Shown here: one piece after another, positions 35,701 through 46,339 of the stretch
Layout: each line of letters starts with the position of its first letter
Position numbering within the stretch: the first letter of the stretch is position 1
Assembly: GCA_008632985.1 (NCBI GenBank)
Contig: QPGO01000115.1
Coordinates: 62,001 to 126,000 of the forward strand
Direction: 5' to 3'
DNA length: 64,000 nucleotides
Source: Psammoneis japonica
Taxonomy: Eukaryota
Made by a program: the position numbers and the translations under genes
The notes under the pieces: generated by a model
What the model saw: only the letters and a program-made list of their open reading frames with translations
The model's database searches: none
Told to the model about the DNA's origin: nothing

Positions 35701-37600
35701 GGTGGAGAGCATCATGTTTCTCAAATGCTTGTTTTGCTGGAATCATCTCTGCAGCAGAGAAACCCAGTTGATGTTCAACATGGAGGCAGCCTGAGGCATG
35801 GTCCATGAAGATGCAGACTCCCTTGAATTGTTTGGACATGGCTTCACTGCATGAGTCACAGGTTTGGCCTGGGAGGTGTGACTCAAAATGATCAATGCTT
35901 GTAGCCTGACCCAGTCACAAATGGTCAGGTTTCAGGGCCTGTCGTGCTCAGGGACTGCTGTCTTGTGGCAGAGCCCAGAGATTGTTTGTGACCTTTGGCA
36001 TGCTTTGCATCTTTGGTGGTCACACTTGGCCACCAACTTGAACCAATTTGACAAGAAAGAAACTGAACGGAGAAGGGCTTGGACGCGACCAAAGTTCAAA
36101 TGACCAAAACAGGAGTGCATCTCTGACAAAAGCTTCTGACCCACCATCAGATTCTGGTTTTCTTTGTTGAGAGCAAGCAGGTTCATTTGGGGAGCTTCAG
36201 AAACCCCCTTGGTCATTGACACAATGGGCAAGTGGCTTGAGGCATGACATGGCACTTCCAACTTCCCTGAGCCGTCAACACAAAGTCTGAAACTGTGCTG
36301 GTTGCCTTTGCACTTCCCACAGACACCCTTTGCTTTGTTGAAGAGATGCTGTGGTGACAGCAGACCTTGTTGGGCCCCAGGGACACAGTGCACCATGGCA
36401 TTCAGTTGGATGGTGGCACCGCTAGTGTTGTGAAGATCCGCGTGTCTTCATCATGAGAGACAGCCAATGTGGCACCAGTGTCTGTGATGACAGCCAGACT
36501 CCAGACTCTTGTCCAATGGACCGATGAGTGCCTGTGGATTGGTTGCCAACAGCTCGGCTGGGATGTGCCAGTGAGGAACTGGATGGTGGATGCATTGCAG
36601 ACAACTGGCCCAACACATGCTTCTTTCAACAGAGGCAACAGGATCTTGAAAATGAGCAGCATCAACAATGTGATGAGGGACACAGAGCTTGTCAAATTGG
36701 AAGGAATCAGAGCTGAAGTCCTCAAGCATGTCAAAGAAGCACTTCTGCTCATTGAGAGGCTCCAATTCCTCATGGGTGTTGAAGAAGGTTGATTCGTCAA
36801 TCAAGTCTGACCATTCAACTGCTTCTTGGGTCTTCCAGTGGCTTTGCAGACACTTGCTCAGTGCTCGATGGGTGGCACATGACAAACTTGGTGAGCACCT
36901 GCATGCCCTTGATCTTGTTGCATTCAAACAGAGATCCAGCATCTGACACAAAACCCAGTCATCTAACTCCTCCACAATGTTGCAGACCTGAGAGCTGGCT
37001 GTCGAAATTGGCTTGGCACATTCATGAATGGGCACTCAGGCTGTTGACTGACACAAACTGCAGATCATGCCATGACTGTGATGGACAGGACCATCCAAGA
37101 GGCTGGAAACCTGCACAAGGTGGGGAGTTTGTGTTGGCAATGCAGAGCTCAAGGGACACTTGGGATCAGAGCAAAGCAGACATGTGGTGCCGTTTCCCAA
37201 AACACAGCAGCAAGCCAGAATGCAAAGAGTTTGGCTTGTCCCAAAATTGATCGACACAAAGAGAGGTCTCTTCTTTGTCACACTCATGACAATCATCCAC
37301 ATCAAGGTTCTCTGGATCATAAAAATCAAAGCCATGGTGTGCAACACTTGATGGCAAGTCATTGCACGCATCTTCAAAGTGCAACTCATGTTCAAGAATG
37401 AGGTCCAGCTTGGCGGTGTCTGACAGCATGTCTGCAAGGTTGGCAGGTGCATCACAGAACTCATCTGAGTGCTTGATGGAATGCAGCTTTGAGGCTGGAA
37501 ACAACTCAATGGCCAGTGGTTTGTTTTCAATTGCAGACAGAGCATTGGAGCATTCACAAAAGTCATTGGCATCTTTGGGAGTGACGGTCTCAACCACAAT

Positions 37601-37662
37601 TGGAGACATGACTGGAGACATGACTGGATCCACAACTGGATCCACGACTGGATCCATGACTG
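37601..37662. repeat. 12-bp tandem repeat (about 5 units) in the gag-pol linker
   Basis: tggagacatgac tggagacatgac tggatccacaac tggatccacgac tggatccatgac; encodes PVMDPVVDPVVDPVMSPVMS. Confidence 0.85.
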
Positions 37663-39448
37663 GGCAAGTGTTTCGTGAGCTCAATTTGATGCAGTTCTCC
37701 TTGAAACTGACTTCCTTGTTGTTCTCCCACTTGGCTGAAGGGGCTGGAGCAACTGTTGCTGTCACAGCAACAGAGGTGGCAAGAAAACTTGGGTCATCAA
37801 TGGCATCCGTAGCCGCACACCACACACCCGTGTGCACCAACTCGTTGGGGTCAGATTCCTCCCCATCAGGCTCCTTGACAGTGTGAGCTGGTGGCCCCAC
37901 AGGCACACCGCTGTCAGGATTGGAGACTTGGGATGGGTTGCCCACTGGTGTTTCCTTGGGAGATCTCTTGAAGTTGTCCTTGTGCTCTGTGGCAGAGTGG
38001 TGTTGGTGGAGGCCAAGCTTTTCAGCTCCTTTTGCCACACACTTGGCACACCACTTCCATTCCTTCCCATTCTTGTTGGCTGTTGTGTCCCCATCACATT
38101 TCACACACCATGCCTGAACCCTTTTCTTCTTCTTCTTCTTCCCACCAGGGTCATCAGCAGGCATTGGATCCAGATTGGTGTCCTTTGGAGGGGGCTTCAG
38201 GTTGCACTTTGGACAGTTGTGCTGCAAAACACTTCTTGGCACTGGCTGGATTGTCAGACATGGAGAGGCTCCCTTTGGGAAGTTTTGCCACCAAAGCTGG
38301 CCATTCTCTGTCCTTGATGAGTTCAGAGTGCTCCTCCTGAATCCATGCAATGATTCCGACCAGTCTGAGAATGGCGCAGTCAGTGTCCAACTTGACAGCA
38401 GCAGGGCCCTTGAGGCAATGCTTGCGTTCCATCTTCTTAACATCATCAATCTTGTCATGCACTGAATGATTGAAGTGCTTGGAGGATGCATTTGAAACTT
38501 TGTGCAAGATCTTGGACCCAACATTGACCGGAACCGCACAGTCAGTCTGCATGATCTTGAGGATGTGGAGAGCTTTGGCAGCAAAGTTGGTCCAGTCTTC
38601 ACTGGGATGGGTGGCTAGAGCAAGCTCATCTGGGTCCTTCTTTGCACTCTCAATGTCAGCTGGAGCACTGGTGTTGCATGCATCCAGAGCCATCATGAAC
38701 AGCACTGAGCCTGGACAGTTCTTGCAGTCCTTCAAGTGGTTGAACTTGGTCTCCATTTTCTCGTGGAAGGTGTTCGTGATTCTTGATGGAACCAGCAGCT
38801 GGGACAGCCAGATGTTGTCAAGCTTGATGTCATTGTTGGCTGAGCCATCCAAGGCTGTGGAGCAAGAGGAGCGTTCTGCATGAAGGTCCACTGTGGAGAA
38901 CTTGTGGAGGTCATCAAAAATGCACACGGCAGCTCCATCCAATTTCTTGACATGGCAGAACATCTCTTGTCCATGAGCCTCAACTGGATCTTGGATGGTC
39001 TTCATGAAGGCATCCGTTGAACTTGGAAGTCATTGTGGAAGCTTGTTGATCTTAGAAAGAGCGCTTGATTGAATCAAGAGCTTTGGGGTGACAACACTGG
39101 GATGCGAAACAGGCAGGTCACAAGTGTTGTTTGGCTGGCATGGATCCGCTGACACAAACTCTGTGAGTCTGATGAAATCCACTGCAAATTGGTTGGGTTG
39201 GTTGTGGTTGGTTCTGGAGTTGCATTCCGGAGAAGATTGTTGTGAGTTGCTGCATCAACACAGCATCTGGAGCAGCACCAGTGGTTGAGGATGCAGTGGG
39301 AGGTGCAGGAGATGCCATGGTTGGATGTGAAGGCAGAAAGAGCAATTCAAATCAGGAGCTGCTTTTCCAGGTTTGCTTCAAAATCATGTCTGTGACAACA
39401 AACTCAGCCAGGAGCTTGGCACCAATGCACAAATTAGTCTCTGTGACC

Positions 39449-39677
39449 AGTTGAGAGACAGTCCTGTCCTGTGATGGGGAGAGAAAAGCTCTCGCAGGTT
39501 GTTTGCAATGCAAACAGCACTGAGGCAAACAGACGTTGTCATTGTTGTCTCGTTCCAAAGATCATGGCAAAAGTTTGCTGTGATTTTGAACAGCAATTTA
39601 AAAGCAGTTGGCTGAACAAATCAATGAGTCTGGGTTGCAGTCATGTTCTGCAACCAGAATGATGTTTGGTCGTGACT
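39449..39677 (-). repeat. 5' LTR of the Copia element (229 bp)
   Basis: Aligns with 32531-32762; lies just upstream of the gag ATG. Confidence 0.85.
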
Positions 39678-40465
39678 GGCAACAAGAGCAACTTTGCAAA
39701 ACTCCAGAGAGGTCTTTCACTGTGCTTGGCTGTGCTCTTTGACATGATCACTGCCAGTGCAATTTTGGCTTTGTTGTTTTGCACTTTTGATGGCATTCTT
39801 TGCTCCACAACAGGGCAAAAACAATGCTTTGTTGGCACAGATGAGCTCTGGGAAAGACATTTGTGCAGCAGGGGCAAGGCTTTGCAAGGGCAACACCAAG
39901 AAGATGTGCTGTGTGCCCCCAATGTTTTGCTGCAGAGTGGTGACCACATGGGATTCAGAGGAGTGTCACTCCCACTGAACATGAAGAAGGGGGTGGGGGT
40001 GGGGCAGAGGGCTGGCGAAATTTGGCAGCATGTGAGATTGTGGAGCAGGCAGAGGGCAATGTGAGAACAGCCAAATTCCTGGTGCCGAGAAAGTCAGAGC
40101 AGCCGTGCTGCGGGGTGGGACAACAAGAGCAGCTGTGCAAGGGTGGGACAACATCATGGCTGGATGCACATTTCTTGCAAGCGACAACAAGCGAAGTGGA
40201 AAAGTGGCAAAAGGATCGCAATGATTTGGCCCTCAGACAAACTCTAGACTGCAAGGGTCAACACCCCCCCCCTGTTATCGTTGTGCTGCAGACAACAAAA
40301 AAGCGATAGATGAGCAGGAACGCAAGTACACACCGTGCTATCACCCATAGCTAGCAAAGTAGATGCTGTAGAGTGAATGGGATTCATTCCCCGTGTGGTT
40401 TCACAGTAACAAACTCTATATTATGCATTGCAATCGGCAACATTTCCAACCGTCTGGGTCAAACG

Positions 40466-41755
40466 CTAGTCCAACGGGATGCCAAACTTTTTCATCAATG
40501 CAACCCCGATAATCGCACCAGTGAGATAGTAGCCGAACGTAACTTCAGGGGATAACACAGGATTCTCAGCATCTCCCAGTATTGAGTTGTAGGAAGAAAG
40601 GGTGACCTCATCGAAGAAATAGTCTTCATCTTGCAAGGCCAGGTCAGTCTCACTCTTTGTCGCCACGGATAGAGCTTTTGTATGACAAAACCCAAAGGTG
40701 CTGTTGCACACATCGGGTATTCTTTCACCGAGTCCGCTCTCGCTGAGTAGTAATTCTCGTTGCTGAGCTGCCAGTAGGAACCCTTGCTGTTTCGTCGCCA
40801 AGAGATCAGAAATGTGCGTTGAAGTGCCTTGCTTCAGACTAGGGAGGCCCTCGAGAATGTCTTCCCGTTCATCCAATACCTTGATGAAGCGGCCCTGGTA
40901 GAAAAAGCCGACACTCACGTAGCAAAGATAGAAGCAAGCAATGGTGGCAAACTCCTTGAGTCCCTTACGCTTTCGGAACACAGCCATTTCGATAAACTCT
41001 TTGCATTCTCCTTCTTCCTCCATGTCCTCGACTTGGTCTTCTTTTTCTTCAGGTATCCAGCCAAATACGCTTCCCGACAATCGAGCCAGAATTAGGCTCA
41101 ATATCAAGACTATCAGGTTCACGGTCTCGTCCATTTCGAGTTCCTTGGTTGGTTCGACGATGATGAGAGAAAATAGTTCAAAGCACGCAACGTGTGTGAA
41201 GCAATGGACGAAAAGTCCAAACATCCCAGGGATGGCGTATTCCATTTCAAACTTAGCTTGGCGCCGGAGACTTTCGCAGAATGGGATTGATGTTGGAGTT
41301 CCTGAGGCGGCGGATGACGACTCTTCGTTCTTCTTCTTCTTCTTATCCTGTGTAATCGTCTCCTTGGTCTTGGTGACTGCAGGTTTGGTTGTCTTGGCTT
41401 CATTCTCCTCCTCGTCCACTTTGTCGTCATTATAGCTAGCAGAGAGCTGAAGCATGTTCTTGCGAAACGATTCTTCGTAGTCAATCAAAAGCTTCATCTC
41501 CTCGTTGCTAGTGGTATTCTTGAGGAGGCTTAACATTTCTTGTCGAACCTTGAGATGCTGCTTGATGGTGACTTCATCAACAAGTTCAACAATCGTTTCT
41601 TTGCTGCGGAAGTTCGTTTTTTCGGCTTCAGGGCCGACTTTTCGTTCTTTCTGTCTTGTTCTCTCTGACAAAGCTGATTTCTGGCTCGTTTCGTCCTCGT
41701 CCGAACCATGAACGGGGGAGGGGGAGATGAGTTGTTGTTGTTGTAGGGGAGCCAT
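40466..41755 (-). CDS. Unknown multi-pass membrane protein, copy B (429 aa)
   Basis: Intact ORF with long stretches identical to copy A (VSVGFFYQGRFIKVLDEREDILEGLPSLKQGTSTHISDLLATKQQGFLLAA); flanks are also homologous. Confidence 0.8.
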   Translation of the reverse strand: MAPLQQQQLISPSPVHGSDEDETSQKSALSERTRQKERKVGPEAEKTNFRSKETIVELVDEVTIKQHLKVRQEMLSLLKNTTSNEEMKLLIDYEESFRKNMLQLSASYNDDKVDEEENEAKTTKPAVTKTKETITQDKKKKKNEESSSAASGTPTSIPFCESLRRQAKFEMEYAIPGMFGLFVHCFTHVACFELFSLIIVEPTKELEMDETVNLIVLILSLILARLSGSVFGWIPEEKEDQVEDMEEEGECKEFIEMAVFRKRKGLKEFATIACFYLCYVSVGFFYQGRFIKVLDEREDILEGLPSLKQGTSTHISDLLATKQQGFLLAAQQRELLLSESGLGERIPDVCNSTFGFCHTKALSVATKSETDLALQDEDYFFDEVTLSSYNSILGDAENPVLSPEVTFGYYLTGAIIGVALMKKFGIPLD

Positions 41756-42551
41756 ATCTGCGACGATGAATCAAGTGGTGATGGCTAAGTCACGGTGCTA
41801 TGTTTTTGATTGGTAAACAGGTTCGATCGCAAGTCATACGTAAATGGCTGAGGCGCAAATAATTTGGTTGTCTTCTCCACCTGTGAGTACTACTCGTGTT
41901 CGGTGTCACGCTTGCTTTTTTATGTTCGGTCCACTTGATTGATTGGGGAGGGGTCGATGGGATTTTAGCGGTGAGCGATGATGGGTTCGCATAATGGTTT
42001 TTGCGAAGGTGCAAGGAGCGCTTTTAAAATGCGCTTTCAGTCTTTCATATGTGTTATTGCCTCATAAAAAGTTCCTACTTAGAGGACACCGCGCGAATGT
42101 TGTTTTCTATTCATAAAGGGCACGTGTGAAACGCCAGTCTTCTGAGATATTCTTTCTTCCAATATGAATAATAAGATGAAAAATTGAAAATTTTGAAATT
42201 TAAGAAGTTGTAAAACGCTAATCATTGTCACAACATAATAAAATGGATGACCGTGCCGGCTGTCGGGTTCTGTGCGATAAGCTCGCTTGGCTGGATCTGT
42301 GTGAAAGCCCAGTGACCCACTGAGATGTTTATGTTTTTTGTTTTGTCTGTGTCAGGCCGGTTCCAGGTTGATGATCCTGTTTCCTCATGACCGACATAAC
42401 GACATGACCGAGACCGAGAGAGTGTTTTTACGACGAGGGAATGACGCCTTGTCTAATGGTGTAGAGTATAAGCAAAGCAAGGGAGGGCTCTGACAATTGC
42501 ATTGTTGTAACAAATTTAGAGCTGCTGCAATCGCTACCAGAATAAAAAATT

Positions 42552-44267
42552 ATGCCTTCGCAACTGGGTGCGGTTCCTCAGCGACGTCGGCATGACAGTG
42601 CCGACGGACATTCTTCAACACGAGTTGATAAAGAAGACAAGGACGAGACGAGTCAATTAGAAGAACCGAGATCTAAATCGAAAATGCACCGAATGTGTGT
42701 TCAGCAACAGCTCGCATGGCAACGGCGAATACCCTGCCTCAGTCCCGTGTTTGCTTGCTACCAGCGGTTGCCACCGCGAGTTCGAATGGCGTTTATAATG
42801 TCCTGGATATTATGGAAGATCTTTTTTACTCTGGTACTTTTGAGAATTGTACTTGTGGCAAGAATGTCAAAAGGAGGTGGACTGATAAATCCGCCGGACC
42901 AGCTTATCCATGTTCCTAAAACAAGAACAAGACTGCTATATGTTGTTACAGGATTATCAGAGTTTAACACCGGACAGCGAAATACCAAGGCTGGGCAAGA
43001 TCGTCTAGGAGAGGTGGTGTTGCCTATTCTGGTGGATAGTGTGGAAAGCATGGTCTCTCCACCGTTTAACTATCACGTTGATGTGTATTTGGTGTTGGGA
43101 TACACCTTGCGAGAGGAACGCAGGCGAGAGATTGCGAATCGCTTGCCCAAAGGCGTTGGATTGGAGGTTTGGGATGACGCTCTGCCCATGGGATATAGCA
43201 AAGAACATGGAAGAGAAAAAGTCAAGGCGAGTACTCGGACCCTTGCAAGACAACATCGATTTGTGATCAAGGACAAATTGCAGTACTACGATATCTTTGC
43301 GGCCTTTGAAGACGATATGCGAATCACGGGAGCTCATGTCGACCACTTTATGACAATGTCTGCCGAATTAGAAAGACTAAAGAACGAGGCACCAAAGGAG
43401 TTGAAAGGCCTTGTGCCCGAGAACATGGACCCGTACAAAATGAGATTTCATGGCCCCATGACACAGCGGCAGATGAAACGGTTGATACCTGGTTTTGTCA
43501 GGGTTGAAGTTCTACTCGATGAAAAGAAGAACGGAGCGCAGACAAAGCTTGCGCCCATCCCTGTTGATTTCGATTTCCCTGTGGAACGCAGCGAAAATTC
43601 GCAAGTGACATTAGAGGAACAGCACATTGATCCGGTTATTTGCTGTCACGTGCCCAACATGAAGCCCAACATTGGCACTCCAAAAGAGCCATATGCAAGC
43701 GACGTGGTCATATGGGAAACAGCCATCAAGGCTTTGAGTGTAAGACACTTTGCAAACTCATCCTTGTTTGACTGGACCGTAATGTTACCTGGTCCTGGTA
43801 AGAGATTGAAAGCTGAGGACCACATGGGTGGATATTGGTCTGGCAGAAACGGAGCGTTTGGTGATGAAAAGAAGCCTACTCCCGGCATGCCGGACCTCAT
43901 TGCCCAGCAAGGTGGGTGGATGGCGACCCGGGAGCAAATCATTCAATTAAATGAGGAATGCATGGGTAGCTTTTTGCCGCCTTTTGACCAACCGATATAC
44001 AATGAAGATGGGCATCAGTCCATGAACGTAGAGTTCTGGTCCGGTGGATATCAATTCTTCACTGGCGTTCGAGGTGGCTGCAATATGCAGCGTCTCGTTA
44101 GTTTAAAGCCAGAGCATTTTTCAAAACACTTGATTTACCACGTTGCTAACAACAAGCAACGGCAGCTGAGTCGCGAGCGGATGGTGAAGGCAGAAAATTT
44201 GTTTGGCCAGTTGAATGCGGTGAAGAAGGTCGCAGAAAAAGCTATGCGCAGCGAAGAAAGCCAGTGA
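42552..44267 (+). CDS. Type II membrane protein, glycosyltransferase-like hypothetical (571 aa)
   Basis: Intact single-exon ORF with one TM segment near residues 80-102 and FEDDM (DxD-like) after a beta strand; the GT assignment is inference. Confidence 0.75.
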   Translation: MPSQLGAVPQRRRHDSADGHSSTRVDKEDKDETSQLEEPRSKSKMHRMCVQQQLAWQRRIPCLSPVFACYQRLPPRVRMAFIMSWILWKIFFTLVLLRIVLVARMSKGGGLINPPDQLIHVPKTRTRLLYVVTGLSEFNTGQRNTKAGQDRLGEVVLPILVDSVESMVSPPFNYHVDVYLVLGYTLREERRREIANRLPKGVGLEVWDDALPMGYSKEHGREKVKASTRTLARQHRFVIKDKLQYYDIFAAFEDDMRITGAHVDHFMTMSAELERLKNEAPKELKGLVPENMDPYKMRFHGPMTQRQMKRLIPGFVRVEVLLDEKKNGAQTKLAPIPVDFDFPVERSENSQVTLEEQHIDPVICCHVPNMKPNIGTPKEPYASDVVIWETAIKALSVRHFANSSLFDWTVMLPGPGKRLKAEDHMGGYWSGRNGAFGDEKKPTPGMPDLIAQQGGWMATREQIIQLNEECMGSFLPPFDQPIYNEDGHQSMNVEFWSGGYQFFTGVRGGCNMQRLVSLKPEHFSKHLIYHVANNKQRQLSRERMVKAENLFGQLNAVKKVAEKAMRSEESQ

Positions 44268-44302
44268 TTCTCTGCGAACTACAGGAGAGAGTTACGATAC
44301 CC

Positions 44303-45999
44303 CTACTGTATGCTTCGTGTCTGGAGGGAGATTTCGTAACCGGCAGTTCGCAGGACTGTCTTCGACAAATCCCATCCAGACATGCTCAATCCCTTTTCAA
44401 ATGCAGTCCATGCAACCTCGAGTTCGGCTGCTACAGCCTTTTCTATTTGTTCCGTTGCTTGGTCCTGCGGGCTGACTTTTCCTAGCTGCCGATTGAGGAG
44501 GAGCGCATGGAAATAGGCTTTGGCTTCGTCTCTTGGCGTCGCTTCTGACGACAAGGAAACGACTGTAGCGTATCCTCGTCTCCGACACGGTCGTCGGACG
44601 GCAATTAAATAGTTGTCATTGCTGCTGGTCATCGTCGACACCGCATATTTCTCTAGTTCCGGTATTGCCATTTGCGAGCGTCTTGAAAATTCGTCAAAGG
44701 CGACACCAAAATAGATCGGGGACTGAGTCACAATGCTAGTCCTCTTTGTCGTTGGAAAAAAGAATAGGGGTTCCTTTTTTGCTATTTCTTCAGGAGAAGA
44801 AAGTGGTACTCGTTCCCCTTTGTAGGCAGCAACTATGCCGTCACCACCGCCCAACGTTCTTTGTGACCCCTTTTCAGATTGATTGGTATCCCACCACTTA
44901 AAGAACTCTGCAGCAACAAGGTTCATCCGTGCTGTATTGAGCGAGTCAAAAGCCACAAGTCTCATGCACTGCATGTTTGCGAAAATGTGAAGAGCCGTTA
45001 GGATTGAATAGAGTATCCACAGGTTCTTCTCCTTTACGGTTGAAACTGATCGAGCGAATAGCGCGGCAAAGACCAGTCCAAGACTGCCAGTGACGGTCAT
45101 TTGTGCTCCAAACTTGGCGTTAATGTCAGATATATCGGATCCTCTCGCCCAATGTAGATTGATAGCTCCACCGCAAGCGCCAGCTGCCACTCCGCAAACT
45201 GCCTTGCACATGTTGCCGACAGCTAGGTTGATTAGTTTGTAAAAGAGAAAATATGAGAAAGACAGAGGCCAAAGAGTCGCTTCGAGGTTGGAGTAACACA
45301 CAGTACAGTGGATTGGACAACACGAGTAAAATACTAAATGACCAGAAAAACTCACAAATCATTGGTAAAAACAGCGGCGACGGAACTGCCGTCGCTGCTA
45401 CCTCGAGCGTTATCCCGAGATCAACCATCAAGTCTGCAAAAGGCGCCATCGTTTGACATCGGATTTGAAACGTGAAGAAGCAACAGAAGTGAAAAGCAAT
45501 GAAGCTCCCATCCCACAACCATCACGGACAAGATAATTCATGAGAGCACTGAGAGCCGTAGCTCCCTCTCTGCCAACCCCAACTCCCTCCAACACGCGCT
45601 GTGTCGCGAGAACCGACCTAAGTTGTGTGGACAAGTCTTGAATCCAAGACCATACTGAAAACGACAGATATCCTGATGGCGTCTTATATGGAAAGCCAGA
45701 GGGCAGAAATGTAGATCGGAAACCTGAATGAAGTCGTCGGAGGATCGCCTCGTGTTTCTTGCGTGATCGAGACGCGAAGACAGGCTAGTTTTTGAACTTT
45801 GTTTCTCAGCCATTTCATCAAATAAAAAAGTCTTGGAAACCCCTGAATCAGTCTTTGTTGAAACTATTCCTCTCACTGACGAGGAAGGTTCGCTCACCGC
45901 CAAGCACGAAGCGTCACGTGTTGTTAAGAGAAGTACCAAAAAGCGAACGCATGAGGATGGAATTGATCTGCATCCTCGAGAATAATTTTTTGGGGACAT
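44303..45999 (-). CDS. RUS1/DUF647 family protein; intron 45223-45355; two apparent frameshifts (~45440, ~45750)
   Basis: FLPSGFP..GYL, VLATQRVLEGVGVG, VRDGCGM, DVKRWRL(F)ADL, NMCKAVCGVAAGA, ISDINAK, SLNTARM. Confidence 0.85.
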
Positions 46000-46339
46000 T
46001 TCGATTACAGCTTTTTGTTTCAACAGGGCTTTCCGCGTGTTGCTGGTATTTGAACATCCATCGTGAGTGAATGAATCCATCGGCAAGCATCGCTAATTAA
46101 TCGCCATAGCCGACATGCGACATGCCCAACCATCAACAATCCAACCAGCCAACACCAACCAGCCGTCGGAGTGATTCGTTCGGGATCTGTGACGCCGACG
46201 GATGCGGACAAGCATGCATACTTGTGCATGGATGGCGCGCACTCCATCTTGAAATTTTGAAATTTTTGGACCGTCCGTTGATCCCAATCCATTGACCCCC
46301 AGATCCAAGAAGAGAAACACTTGCAACTTCCATGCCGCT

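Larger units (their letters stand above)
32531..39677 (-). mobile_element. Full-length but inactivated Ty1/Copia (CoDi-type) LTR retrotransposon, about 7.15 kb
   Basis: gag ATG at 39318; WKWCAKC..H..EH knuckle; protease DTGA (~36480); integrase IFMDHASG and WGCPACILDP; RT LCGLKQSP and HIDN (YVDD); RNase H CHVNSDF and ALSTVEVEH; pol ends ARKALMGW* at 32788; PPT tgagaaggag at 32763-32772; paired LTRs. Confidence 0.92.

Noticed and set aside
37601..37662. Short regular repeats as a possible CRISPR-like array
   Set aside because: 12-bp head-to-tail units without spacers, inside Copia coding sequence
32531..39677. Classical fungal RIP or CpG decay alone as the explanation
   Set aside because: Both are C->T processes; RIP raises TpA, and CpG decay cannot turn Tyr codons into Cys or His
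42176..42202. gaaattttgaaa-type motif also near 46251, 21849 and 55483
   Set aside because: Low-complexity AT-rich sequence; cannot be supported as a regulatory site from this window alone
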